Shown in pieces: positions 51,590-64,000 of a stretch of DNA of 64,000 nucleotides (its first letter is position 1; each line of letters starts with the position of its first letter). The DNA is from Rhina ancylostomus (Eukaryota). The stretch lies in the NCBI GenBank assembly GCA_030265395.1, contig JARFYF010000055.1, positions 15,800,530 through 15,864,529 on the forward strand. Direction: 5' to 3'. Below the pieces are notes generated by a model that ran no database searches, was not told the origin of the DNA, and saw only the letters and a list, made by a program, of their open reading frames with translations. A program made the position numbers and the translations under genes.

Positions 51590-53390
51590 CAGAGTGGGTT
51601 TATACTTGCTACCTTCCAATCTGTACGAGCCATCCTGGAATCTGTGGAACTTTGGAAAACGACAAGTGGTGCATCCACCATCTCGAGATTCATCAGCACT
51701 TGGGGATTTGTTGGCTTTCAGTCCCATCAATGTCTTCATTTTTTCAATGACTGATGCTACTTTCTTTGAGCTTTACATTTACTCTAGATTCATAATCCTC
51801 CACAAGTTTTAGCTTTTTTAATCTTCTGAGAAGACATATCAAATACTTGTTAATTTCTCTGCCATTTCTTTACTGCCAAAAATAATTTTTCCTGCCTCAG
51901 CCTGTAAGGGATCNNNNNNNNNNNNNNNNNNNNNNNNNNNNNNNNNNNNNNNNNNNNNNNNNNNNNNNNNNNNNNNNNNNNNNNNNNNNNNNNNNNNNNN
52001 NNNNNNNNNNNNNGGGATCCACATCAACCTTCTCTTTTTCTTTTTACATAACTATAGAAACTCTTAAAATCTGTTTGTGAATCATGCTAGTCTACCCTCA
52101 TGTGCTGTTGTCCCTTTCTTCATCAATGTCCTGGCCCTCCTTTGCAGAATTCTGACATTTTCCCCAATCCTTAGGTTCAATGCTCTTCTCGGCCATGTGA
52201 AACACCTTTGACTTCACATTATTTTCAACATTTCCTGACAGCCACAGCTGGACCACCTATAGTTGATTTTTTTTTACTTATAAAGTATATATATCATTTG
52301 TAAACAATGCATTCATACTTTAAAAGTTAGCCATTGTTGATTCACTTTCATACCTTTTAATGCAGTTTCCCAGTCTATTGTAGCCAACACATGTCTCTAG
52401 AGTTTGCTTCATTCAGATTTAAACCCTGGTTTCAGATTTAATTAAATCACTAAATCTTACCGTAAAATTCTCTACTGTTCCTTAAGATATCTTAACTACC
52501 CATTCAATTAACCCTTTCACATCACACATTTCTCAATCTAAATTAGTATGTTGAGTAACCAACAAGAGAAGCTATCTCGAAAAGTATCTCATACACTCCA
52601 TAAATTCATCCTCCTCACTGTTATTGCTAATTTGGTTTGCCCAAGATCTACATGTAGATTGAGGTACTTATGATTATCATATTACCCATGTTACATGCTC
52701 CTCTAATTTGTCTTACATGATCACTGTTTGGAGATCAATACACTTTTCCATTTGCATGCACTCTTTCTAATGGATTCCTATTTTACTGTACTGCACCCTC
52801 ATTGTCCTTTCTGTTATAAATTTAAAAGCCTTACCTAGAGCCCTCATGATTCAATTTGAAAGGACACTAGTCCCACACAGACTCAAGTGAAGATTATCCC
52901 AGTGGAACCGCTCCTTCTTTCTCCATTATTGATATGGCATCCCGTGAAACCCGTGTCTCCCCCACCAGTCTCCAAGCCACACATTTGATTCCCTCATTTT
53001 ATGCATTCTTTGCCAATTAGCCTCTGATTTAAATAGTAATCTGGATTATCATCTTTGTCAGCCTAATTTTTTTTAAATTGAACCCTAGCTGCTCATATTC
53101 CTTCAACAGAACCTTTGACTTTGTCCTATCTATGTCATTGTTTTTCACAATTGGTTCTCTTTCACTCCAAGGTCCTCTACAATTATGAGGAGATGCCCTT
53201 AATTCTGGCACCAGGTAGACAAGAACCCCCTCACCCCCCAATCAACTATACTGTCCTCTGTTACTGTTACATTTCATTTAAGTGGCCCCCCCTGTACCAT
53301 GCTGCTGTGTTCAGTTTTCTCATCCACCCTGTATTTTCTGCTCTCTTCTATATAGGCTGCCAGAAGCTTGTATCTGTGGAACATGTCCAA
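51590..53390 (-). mobile_element. Degenerate CR1 ORF2 5' region
   Basis: GKIIFGSKEMAEKL remnant and endonuclease-region remnants. Confidence 0.6.
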
Positions 53391-54045
53391 GGGTTGAACT
53401 ATACAAAACACTTAGCACTAGTTAGGCACAACTAGAATACTGTATTCAAATCTGCTTTCCTAATTTTAGGTAGACTGCAAAGTCAGAGATAATGCAGAAA
53501 GATTTACTAGAATGGTTTCAGGAACAAGGAACTTCATGTACAAGGAGAGAATGAAGTATGGATTGTTCTTATTAGAGCAATGTTGAAAGGAGATTTGATA
53601 GAGCTCAATAAGATCATGATTTGTGTGATAGAGTTGTACAAGACAATGGCAGTTTTCTTCACATCTTCTTGTACATCTTGCCCTAATTTTTTTTTTTAGA
53701 AGTCTATGCCCTGGGTCCTTGAACTATTGCTTCGGTCTATCTACCAATAATGGGGTAGATTGTAAACTTGCAAATAACACCCAAATTGGTGGTATAGTGA
53801 AGGCAGTTAAGGTTACAACAGGATCTAGATCAACTAGAGAAATGGACAAAGGAATAACTGATGGAATTTCACTCTGACATGTACTACTAAACGATGCAGT
53901 TTGAGAAGTTAAGCCAGGCCTAAACATACAGAGTGAATGGCAGGACCCTGGGAAGTGTTATTGAACAGTGAGACCTTGAGATACAAGTACATAGTTCCCT
54001 GAAAGTAGTGCCACAGACAAAGGGGAAAAAGGAACATGGCATGTT
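53390..54045 (+). mobile_element. CR1 fragments (two pieces)
   Basis: YKTLALVRHN..YCIQ; tttgcaaataacacccaaattggtgg (FADDTKIG-like). Confidence 0.65.
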
Positions 54046-54275
54046 TGGACTAGTAACTGAGAGGCTCGGACTAACAATCCAGAGAAGAGTTCAAATCCCA
54101 CTGCAGAAATTGTGGAAATTAAATTCAATTAAAGAAAACAGTTTATTATTATAGGAAAAAATTGCATCTGATTCATGCATGCCCTTCAGGGGAAGAAATT
54201 AATATTCTACGCTTGTCTGGCCTAAATGCAGCTCCAGACCAACCAATAAATTGGCCCTATGAGCCACTCAAAAGC
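54046..54275 (+). mobile_element. tRNA-derived SINE-like repeat
   Basis: ggactagtaa...gagttcaaatcccac (B box), gcccttcaggggaagaaa, gtctggcctaaatgcagctccagacc. Confidence 0.55.
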
Positions 54276-54329
54276 TTGCACAAAGATCATGAAAATAAAC
54301 AGAGGGAGAGAGGCAGTAGCAATGGTTCA

Positions 54330-57180
54330 GGAACACAGAATATTGACTAAAAATATATTGGGCAACATATACAAAATGACGAAAAAAAACAGCCATTTTT
54401 AAGTTATGATCTGAAATTCACTGCCCATAGTGGGAAGGGGAACAGAATCAATCAGGCCCCTCAAAACGGGAAAGCAGCACAAAATGGAATAGCTTGCAAG
54501 ACTATGAGGAAAGAGCAGAAGAAAGAGGTAAATGATTAACTAGGAGCAGGCAACAACTCAACAGGTCAAATGACTACCACCTGAGCCATAACAATTCTAT
54601 GATCAGTTTTACTTTCCCAGGCAAGAATACTCAGGAAATAATTTTCTCCCAGGACAGTATATAAAGCAATTACCGAAAACAAAAATATTGTAAATAATGT
54701 TTAATTATGTAATAATTTAAAGGCAATGTTTGTCATAATAATTACAGGAATTGATTATTTTAACTAGTAATGTCAAAGGATTCAGTGAACTCCAATTTAT
54801 TACACCTTTGTAACTCTTGCTCAAAGGGGGACAGAACCAGGGTTTTTGAATATTTCTAAGGCAGTGTTAGATGGGCTCTTCAAAAGCAAGGGGCAAAAGG
54901 TTACTGGGGGTAGGCAGGAATGCAGGATTATGATTACAATCAGATTTTATTGAATGGTGGAACAGCCTTAAGGGGCTATGTGAACTACTTCTGTTCTTAA
55001 TTCATTTGTTCATTTTTTCTAAAACCAGCAAATGGCCAGTAAACAGGATTTCTAAATTTAGTAGAAGGTTTATCGAAACATCTTAACATGGATTTTAGAA
55101 GAGACTTTTTAGCTTGGAGGAAAAAAATATTCTTTACTATTTATTTGGTTAATCACAGAGGTTTTATGTCATATCAAAAACTAGAGTTAGTGATGAGGAA
55201 ATTAAAGTAATTTATAAAGCTTTATACTGTTTCATGATTTGACCAACCAAAAAGAGTTGCTCCATTTTCTCCCATGCAAAACCAACATCATAAGAAAATG
55301 GCAGATTTGTTAAATATGTACTTTGTTTGCAGAATGAACGAGGACAAAAATTCCAGTGGCACAAAAGAATCGAAATGTGTCAACCTAATGATTTATATAT
55401 GCTTTTCCCCCCAAAAAGGAGAAAATAATGGGACTCAAAGCAGATAAACCAAGGACCTGATTATTTCCACCCCAGAGATTTCTTTTAAGGAAACTGCAAA
55501 TGTTAGTCACAATTTTCAAAAATACTTGCATTCAGGATATACATTTTTGAATGGTAAAATTGCATATTTCACTCCATTGTTTTCTAAGAGCGAAACATTA
55601 TTTAATAAGTGGGGAAGTTAGTAGAATCATTACTATCATCAGTAACTGCGTATGTGGACAAGTACCTATTGATAAGAGCTCCTGCACTGATTTCAGCAAG
55701 CTACTTCATTTTTTTGTGATCACATTACATAGTATCTATGGATATTTTTTCTAGAAGGCATGAACCCAAAAGTTTAACATTACACAAGGCACATGGAGTT
55801 GGAAATAACTTTGTAATATTACTTGATAATTGGTTGGGAAGTGGGAAACAAAGAATTGAAATAAAGGGCTTGTTCCAAAAGGCATACGCAGCATGCAAGG
55901 CTCCCCAGGGATAGCTGCTGCAGCCTCAGTTGCTCATCTGTTGATGTATAAATAAAGGAATGGAGCATTATGTATCCAAGTCAATGAGGGAAGAAGTTAC
56001 TACAGGGCATAGATTATTTAAATGATTGGGCAAAAAAAGACCGTCAAGTTCAATGCAGAGCATCCACCAGATATGAGCAAAATTTGTAGGATCTGTGAAG
56101 GAGCAAAAGGATATTCCCCATTTAAAATAACAAGCTGTAAATTACAATAACAGAATAAACACTAATCAGAAAGGCTAATGGAATGTTGTGTAGGTTGCAA
56201 AAGCAAAGGGACCATGTAATTTATCAGTTGTATGAGGCCTTTTGGGCTACTACATTCAGATCTCGGCACTTGACTTCAGGAAAGATAAATTAGCCTGGAA
56301 TTGGGTGTGGCATATATTTGGCAGAACAATAATGGGGCTAAGGGGTTAAAATTATTAATGCAGATTGCATAAAATGACTATCACCTTTTGCTCAGATGAT
56401 TGATTAGAAATCTAATTTATATATACACAATTAAATATTTGTAATGAATAGAAATTTTCCAGTACTGAGTGTCCAAAGCATGATCTTAAAACTGGAGTCA
56501 GTTTTCAGAACAACTTTTGCCTTGAGTGTGCTGGAAACCTGGAATTCTCCCTCCAAAAATTGCAGTGTTACATATAATCCTGCTCATATCACTTCAGGAA
56601 GGAAGTACAGATTCTGGAGAAGGTGCAACAGTGTTTTACTAGAACAGTTCCAAGGATGAGGGATCTCAGTAATAAGGCTACACTGCAGAAGTTGGTATTG
56701 TGTTCTGTGGAGCAAAGATGATTGAGATTTGTACAGCTGGAAAGATCATGATCAGTTTAGGCAGGGTTACTAGAGGAAAACTGTTCCGTATAATAGATGA
56801 TTCATGGAGAAGATTACAGAATTCAAAAAACTGGCCATGAAGTGGAATATGAAGAAAAGCCTTTCTTTAAAGGAATGGACCAGGATGCTATGAAAGGGAA
56901 TTCACTGCTTGTAAATATATTGGATACAATCTGAACTTAAAAAAACAGATAATTAAGTCTGTAGGGAAAGCGCAGTGAAATGAATGACAGGATTGCTTTA
57001 CCAAGAGCTTACACAGATTCAGTGGGTTGAATGACTTTGTACACTGTAACAGTCTTTAATTCTAAAAAAAACCCACTGCACCCTGGAAGTCGATGATAGA
57101 TCTTTGTCGAGCAAGGTATCAAGGAAATGGAGCTAAAACTGACCAGCTGAACTGAATGCCCAAAAAATGCTCAAAAGATA
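54330..57180 (+). mobile_element. Cluster of decayed CR1 fragments and 3' tails
   Basis: Several tails (54330-54600, 54840-55000, 56900-57060) and RT remnants (55420-56560). Confidence 0.55.
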
Positions 57181-58609
57181 ACCTATAAGAGACATTAGAG
57201 GATAAAGAACCATGGCTAAATCATGCTCGTTGCACAATCAGGCCGTGGAGACATTTGAGATTAAAACATGGAGCCAAAACTATGAAGGATTTAAAGAGAT
57301 CTTGTCTGGCACATATAATGACATCACCAGATCAAGGGTGAAGTGTAAGAGCAAATTCACAAGACAAAATTTTGCAACCGTAAGATGGAGATGGCTGAGA
57401 GGAATGCTGGGAAGTCTGAGAGGAGCTGCAATTTTAAAATGCTGAAACAACAACAGTTTGGAAATATTACATCTGTTGAGAGAATCAGAAGGAGCTTACT
57501 AACAGGAGACATGATTATGTAGTTAGATATGATCAAAGGTAAAACATGAGTTTCACCTTATTATTTAGCTTCATTTCAGGGTAAAACATTATAATAAATT
57601 TACAACAAATGTAGCTTTTGCAGTTGAGAACAAGACAGCAACATGCAAAGAGGCAAACCTTGGCCCTATATGATCATAAAACATTTTTAGAAGTTAACTC
57701 TAATAAATCCTGGGGTGCTCGCTCACTCCAAACACCAGAAAGGGATGATATGGCCAAATATCCTTCCACTATTAACTTGTGTTTTGGTGTTGTGCAAACA
57801 AATAAAACTAACTGCTCTGAACTACAGAGGCCAGATTAAATCACTGAGCCTCACAAAAAGATCAAATCTTTCACAGCAAGTCTACATGTGCTCAGTCATG
57901 CAGCTAAAGAGGAAGAACACGAAAAGAAAATTAGCTTCCAAAACTGATGATTACTTGCATTCTAACTACACTGCAGACATCATTCAGTAAAGCCCAGGAT
58001 GCTTAAGAGGGAAGTAAAATTTTGAGCAACAACTTGGTGTAGTTGGTTGTGTGAATTCCGAAATATGGGAAAGCTGTTTGCTGTTTTCAGTTGATTCATT
58101 TAAGAACACAAATCTCTTACTTCCTTCTGCACCTCTGCCACTCAACTTTACAGCACACAAAAAAGTACCTAGAATTGAGTTGCACATTTTATTCACAACT
58201 GACTGATTTGCAGCACAAACTCCAAATGGGAAAATCAGTTAGTATACTAAAATCAAACTCTCCCAAGTGATACAAACTTGTTCTCTTTGGAACCATTAGC
58301 TACGTAAAAGTGCATAGGCACAAGCTCCATACATATCACAAGCTTCCAGCACAACACTTAAAGATCTGAGCAGACATCTAAAAGGGAAGAATACACCAGT
58401 TATACTTAGCTGAAAGTGGATAGGAAAGTGTCCACTTGCAGAAATGCAGCTAATTGGTTTATTCACCTTCTCAACTTAAGAGCTGAAACAAAAAAAACTT
58501 CAAGCTATACAGAGATACCAATTTAAATAAAACAGTTCCTAAAATGAATTCACCCACTACTATATCAATGCAAAGATAGAACTAATATTTCAGATTACCT
58601 GTAAACATG

Positions 58610-58850
58610 AGAGAAATTAAAAAACATCTATTCATGCAGTGTGTGGTTGATATTTGGAATTCACTGTCAGAGGCAATGGAAGAATCGGATACAACCACTG
58701 TGTTTAAGGGACATCTAAACAGGCACTTAAATAGTCAAGGTATAGAAGGATACATGCCTAGCACAGCAAAATGGGATTAATATAGATGGGCAAAAGGTCA
58801 GTATGGATGTAGTGGGCCAAAAGGCCCATTTCTGTGCTGTTAACTCTGAC
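58610..58850 (+). mobile_element. CR1 3' end
   Basis: tggaattcactgtcagag...tttaagggacatctaaacaggcac...gggccaaaaggcccatttctgtgctgttaactct. Confidence 0.75.
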
Positions 58851-61800
58851 TAATCCAAATAGTAGTAAACAACACAATGGACCCATTATCACTTGCATTA
58901 ACAGAGACAATGTCAGAACCCCATGCAAATTTTAAAACCATTTGATAATTTTGTAGCTGAAAAATGCTCAAAGGCAGTGTGGATTTTGTAAATGTAAATA
59001 ATGCCTTTGCTTAAACCAGGTCAATTTACATACACTTGAACAGGATCACTTCTCTACTGAAGCAGTGAATGATACTTCCCAGCCACACAGACAAGTAAAA
59101 AGAAAAACTAGGTGAGTGTGCGGAAAATTGCTCGCATTCAAACTCTACTTTGGATTCTCCCAACATTTTAAGGAAAATATTAGCACAATTTACATCATTA
59201 ATTCCAACTGGTGGTTACAGTTTGAGAGAGACAGACTGTGGTCGTGTTCCCACAGTACCAAGATACTGATGTACTATACATCCTGTATTTTCAAAGTTGA
59301 ACGCATTGATTTGTCTGAGCTACTTGCCACAACAATGTTATTCCACCAGTAGGTGAACAGTAACTGCTTACAGGAGGTCAAAAGTGAGCCAAGTTGATTA
59401 CTGTGAAGAGGTAATCAATCCTGTCAGAAGCACAAAAATATTCTTTATCACTTCCTTCCTCACTACCAATCATCAGGGAGGTGTTTGGCAAAGGCTACCC
59501 CACCCATGTGCATATGGTTCCTCATTACAGTGTTGCCCTGAATGTGCATCTTTCCAGTCACTGGACTCTGCTGCCCAAAATGACTTTTTTTTAAAACTGC
59601 ATCTCTAACACAGGATATTTTATCAACTCTCTCCTGCTGCCTCCATGTCTTCTTTCCAAATCAGAAATGACATACAGAGTATAAAAGCATTTTTATTCAA
59701 TGGAAATGGTTAATGTTTGACCCTTGAGTTTGTTACAATTTAGTCTGATGGGAAGGGAGGGAATATTAAGCCCACAATTTAAATATTTCAATGTATTCTT
59801 GGATTCTTCAACTATAAAAATCAACTTGAACTTCTGCTGCAAGTTTAAAAATTCAGGAGAATTTAATAATTTTAGCAGATCCTACAGCAGATAATACATA
59901 ATTTGTGCAAAAGCTTAGCCTCAGCTCATTGAACCCCACAATTTGATAGATTAGAATAGGAACCAGAAAAGAAACTTCAAATAAAATGTTGACATACACA
60001 AAGATAAAATCTGACTGCCTATCTCAACTGAGAGGGTGAATGTACCACCTGACCAACACAAGCAGGTTTCACACTTCATTCTCAGACTGAGCAGAAAAAT
60101 TTTACTCTTGAACACAGAAGGCAGCGCTGCTCACATAGCTGACCAAAGACAGAAGCAGATCTACAAATCACAGGCAAACACCTAGCTAAAAAAAATGTAC
60201 AATCATGCCATTTGGATGAGGAACTGCTGAAGGACATGAAGCTGCCCCTCCTCAGAAGGAGAAAATTGCAGCAAGGGAGAATTCTTTGGCCACTACACTG
60301 ATGCAAACAGCTGTATTCTAATTTAACATACAGCAGAGACCACCTCTCCCCCTTATTCACAAGATTTGCTCATAGTTCACTTGGAAAAACTTTTTCATCC
60401 CCAAGGTCTGAAACAGATACCAAATCTCCAGTAAGGACTCGATTCCTCAGATGATCATTGGCTTGAATTAATGCAGGATATTATAATACACAGGAGCAAT
60501 GGTCCAGCAGATCACCAGCCCCCCAGACTTACATGCAGAAGTCCCAGAGTTGCTAAGAACATTCAAGTGAAATCTGGAATTTAAAAACACAATGTCGAAG
60601 ATGCAACAGGAAAGTAATTTGCATTTTATAGATTCACACAACGACTTTTCTTTAAGAAAACATCAGAATTGAGAAACTAATCACCAAACTCAATGTAGCC
60701 AGATGCCTGGGTTGACAATAGTATAACAAGCACAAACAGGACCCCAGTGCCCCGACACAGCATAACACATACAAACAGGAAGCAGGCTCCAAAAGGGAGG
60801 CACAAGAATAGCAACAGGAAACAGCCCCCAACAATGAATATCAAAGCACAGCCAATAGTAAGGCAGCACCCAGCTCAGAAGTCAGAATAGCAATCTGAAA
60901 ACAGTTTAAATGTGAACTACAAAACACCCAAAAACTACCCAGTGCAAAATTTGGCTCACTTATTCTGTATAGCCAGCTAGTGGCTGTATTTGTAATCTAT
61001 TCCCAGGACTGGGGAATCCCCTATTACACACTTGCTTTCATGTCCATTTATTCACTTTCCTGTCAAAATGTTGCAGTGCAAGACTCGCCTACCGGGATGC
61101 AATAAAGTGTACAAACCAACCGGATGTGCATAAGGGTTTGACTTACCATGTAGGCAACCAAACGTTACCAATAAATGTCACCTTATTCTAAGTAGTAGCA
61201 AGCATAGAACTACATAGCTGTAGAGCTCAGTTCATTGAAATAAAAAGAGATTAATACATTTACATACCAGGATCATTTTTATAGGTACACTTAACATTTA
61301 GCAAAATATGTGAAAGCTGTCAGATATATGACTACAAAAGGCACATTACAACTGCAAATCACTAATTGCCAGGAAGGTTTTCACTTCACAACAATTTACC
61401 AGACATCTTACCCACCAAGAATTTTGTCTCTGATGGAGACATTTCTTTACTAACAAGTGTAGCATTACTGAACCCAGCAACTTAGTCTCTCTGAACTCCA
61501 AGAATATATCTGAGGATGGCAAATCAAAATACAATGTTTATCACTGTGATGGGAATACATTAAACTAAAAATACACAGAAATCTCACAAACCCATAAATT
61601 TGAGTGTGCAAGCTTCCATTTAGTACAGTACAAATATTTCCAACCCCTTTTATGTTGCAAACTGGTCAGGCTGGCTTTTGACAAACCATGTGCAGTAACA
61701 GGATCCATTTTCATTGGATACACTGGCCAATGATATGGGAAAATTAAATACAGCTAATAATTGTGGCCTAGCAGCTAGTATAGAATTTAAATGTTGTCTA

Positions 61801-62849
61801 GGAAATCAATTAATTTCATACTTAGTGGCTGGGAACCTCTACCAAACCAAAATTTGAGTTAACAAGTCCCCAAGACTCTGTAACCAGTTCCTGTTGCCAA
61901 GGACAGAGAGACTGGAAAGCAGTGCAGGTAGTTCCAGCATAATATGGTGTGAAAATACCACTTTTGCAATGAGCATCAAGGGTTAGCAGAGAATGGTGAC
62001 ATCTAGCAACTTTCTTATGGGTCTCACTTGTTCCATAGCAAAATATTCAGGGATAAGATGGTACATTTCAGCCCCATCGGTCAAGTAAATTAAGTATAGA
62101 TTTGTTCCCAGTGAGCTTTATTACTCTTTAAAGAATGTATTAAAAAAAACAGCACTTAGACTTTGACATGCACTTGTGCTTTTAAATAAGTACATCAACC
62201 CACTCTATCCTCTTGCAACATCTGTCCTTCATTAACCAGCTGGATGAAAGTAACCTCAATTGATGTCATAGCCATAAGCAGAAGAAATATCTGCAATGGT
62301 TTCACATCACCTCTAGAGTTCCCCTAATCCACCCCAAAATCCAATTTATCTAGATCATTTGGCAAGTGTCATTGACCGAGGCCAAATCAGAAAATTTCCA
62401 AGCTTGGCATCCTATCCCCCAACCATGCCTTCCAATCTTACTCTTGTCTGATTTGTTTTAATATCTAAATCAGCAGAAACTTGTTCCAATTATACCACCC
62501 TTCCTTTTGATCAGAGAGAGGTGAAATCAGATCATTTGCATCAACACGGATGCCAAACTATGGCTGAAGTAGTGTGCTAACTAGAGCAATAAACCTACTT
62601 GATCTTGCCTTCACCAGGCAATTTAGGCAGATGCATCTGTCCACAATAACGCTGCAAAAAGTAACCACCACACAGTCTTTGTGCAGACATAAGTCCAGTC
62701 TTCTCAGTCTTCCATTGTGTTATATGGCACTACAATCATGCTAAATGGGATAGATTTCAAATTTAATCTCATGTTCTATTCATTGTTATTTTGCACTCTG
62801 GTGTTAAAAGCTCTACTTAAAAAAGTTTGAGGTCTAAATTCTGGTGTCC

Positions 62850-64000
62850 ATTAAGAATTTATTTGAACAATGGACTAATGATTGAAAAAATCCAAGGCAG
62901 CAAAAATTGCAAGTACACAAAAGTACAACAAAAAGGCAAGTTATGATGAGGATACTGCCACCCTGAAAAAAGTTATAAGTGGGTGAAAACATGATGAAAA
63001 GACTTTAATGTGAAACAGCACAAGGTCATGCACTTTGGTAACAGGAATCAAAAGGCAGATTATCTACATGGAAAGAGACTGCAAATGAGGGAACTGCAGA
63101 GGGATTCAGGTGTTCTTGTGCATGAATGACACAAAGTTAGCATGATAGTGCAGAAAGCAAATGGCAGATTGACCCTTTTACAGATAGGGAAGTTTTGTTA
63201 CACATGTACAGGGTGTTGGCAAGGCAACTCCTGGAGTACTGCACAAAATTTTGTTCCTCTTTCATTAGAAAGAAGATAGTAGCATTGGAAGTAGTCCAGA
63301 AAAGATTCACTGGGTTATTTTGTGGAATGAGAAGATTGTCTGTTCACAAGGCTAAACAGATTGGGTCTGTAATCTTTGGCACTTTGGAGGGAGTGCAGAT
63401 GAGGTTCACCAGGTTGATTCCAGAGACAAGGGTGTTAGCCTTCGAGGAGGGATTGAGTCGCCTGAGACTATACTCGCTGGAATTCAGAAGAATGAGAGGC
63501 GATCTTAGAGAAACACATAAAATTATGAAAGTGATAGATAAGATAGAGGCAAGAAGGTTGTTTCCAATGGTTGGTGAGACTAGAACTAAGGGACATAACT
63601 TCAAGATTTCGGGGAATAGATTTTTCAGGGGAATAGATTTAGGACAGAGATGAGGAGAAATTGCTTTTCCCCCAGAGANNNNNNNNNNATTTTTGTATAG
63701 TAGGGGGATTAAGGATTATGGAGTAAAGGCAGGTAGATGGATCTGAGTCCACAGTCAGATCAGCAAAGATCATATTGAATGGCAGAGCAGGCTCGACGGG
63801 CCAGATGGCCTACTCCTGTTCCTGTTTCTTATGTTCTAATGTAAGAATCTGAGTGGTGAACTTATTGAAATACAAGATCTTAAGGGGGCATAATAGGGTA
63901 GATGTTGAGATGTTTTCACTACTGGGAGAGTCTCGAAGGAAAGTAGATCATTTCAAGATAAGGGGCCAATCGTTTAAAACCAAGATATTTAGAAATTCCT
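62850..64000 (+). mobile_element. CR1 LINE ORF2 C-terminus with a younger CR1 copy nested at ~63375-63842
   Basis: ORF 63195-63653 contains LEVVQKRFT and LEGVQMRFTRLIP...YSLEFRRMRGDL...TRTKGH; intact tail gggccagatggcctactcctgttcctgtttcttatgttct. Confidence 0.85.

Larger units (their letters stand above)
42079..64000 (-). other. ARID1A: Large ARID1A intron (intron 4 equivalent), partial
   Basis: No recognisable upstream ARID1A exon in 22 kb; repeat-rich; ends at the exon-5 acceptor. Confidence 0.75.

Overview
Vertebrate genomic DNA, most likely a cartilaginous fish (shark/ray, judged from V-SINE/HE1-type, SacSINE1/Deu-type and HER1/CR1-type repeats), from a gapped draft assembly with many 10-N and 100-N gaps. 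The window lies in the 3' part of an ARID1A (BAF250A, SWI/SNF-BAF subunit) gene on the minus strand. I resolved 16 coding exons (equivalent to human exons 5-20, 42078 down to the stop at 2797), all with GT-AG boundaries and consistent phases, plus a ~1 kb 3'UTR. Positions 42079-64000 are part of a large upstream intron; I found no exons 1-4. Introns are dense in decayed CR1/L2/Rex1 LINEs, SINEs and Penelope-like remnants. I found no convincing novel biological system. The best leads are: a 133-bp foreign insert plus gaps breaking the frame of exon 18 (probably an assembly artefact), a candidate alternative ATG-ending first exon beside a FOX:ETS/SOX/TCF motif cluster in the large intron, a candidate 40-nt poison exon, degenerate hammerhead-like cores, and several nested retroelement insertions. 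Comparisons with human ARID1A and repeat consensuses are from memory and were not computed.
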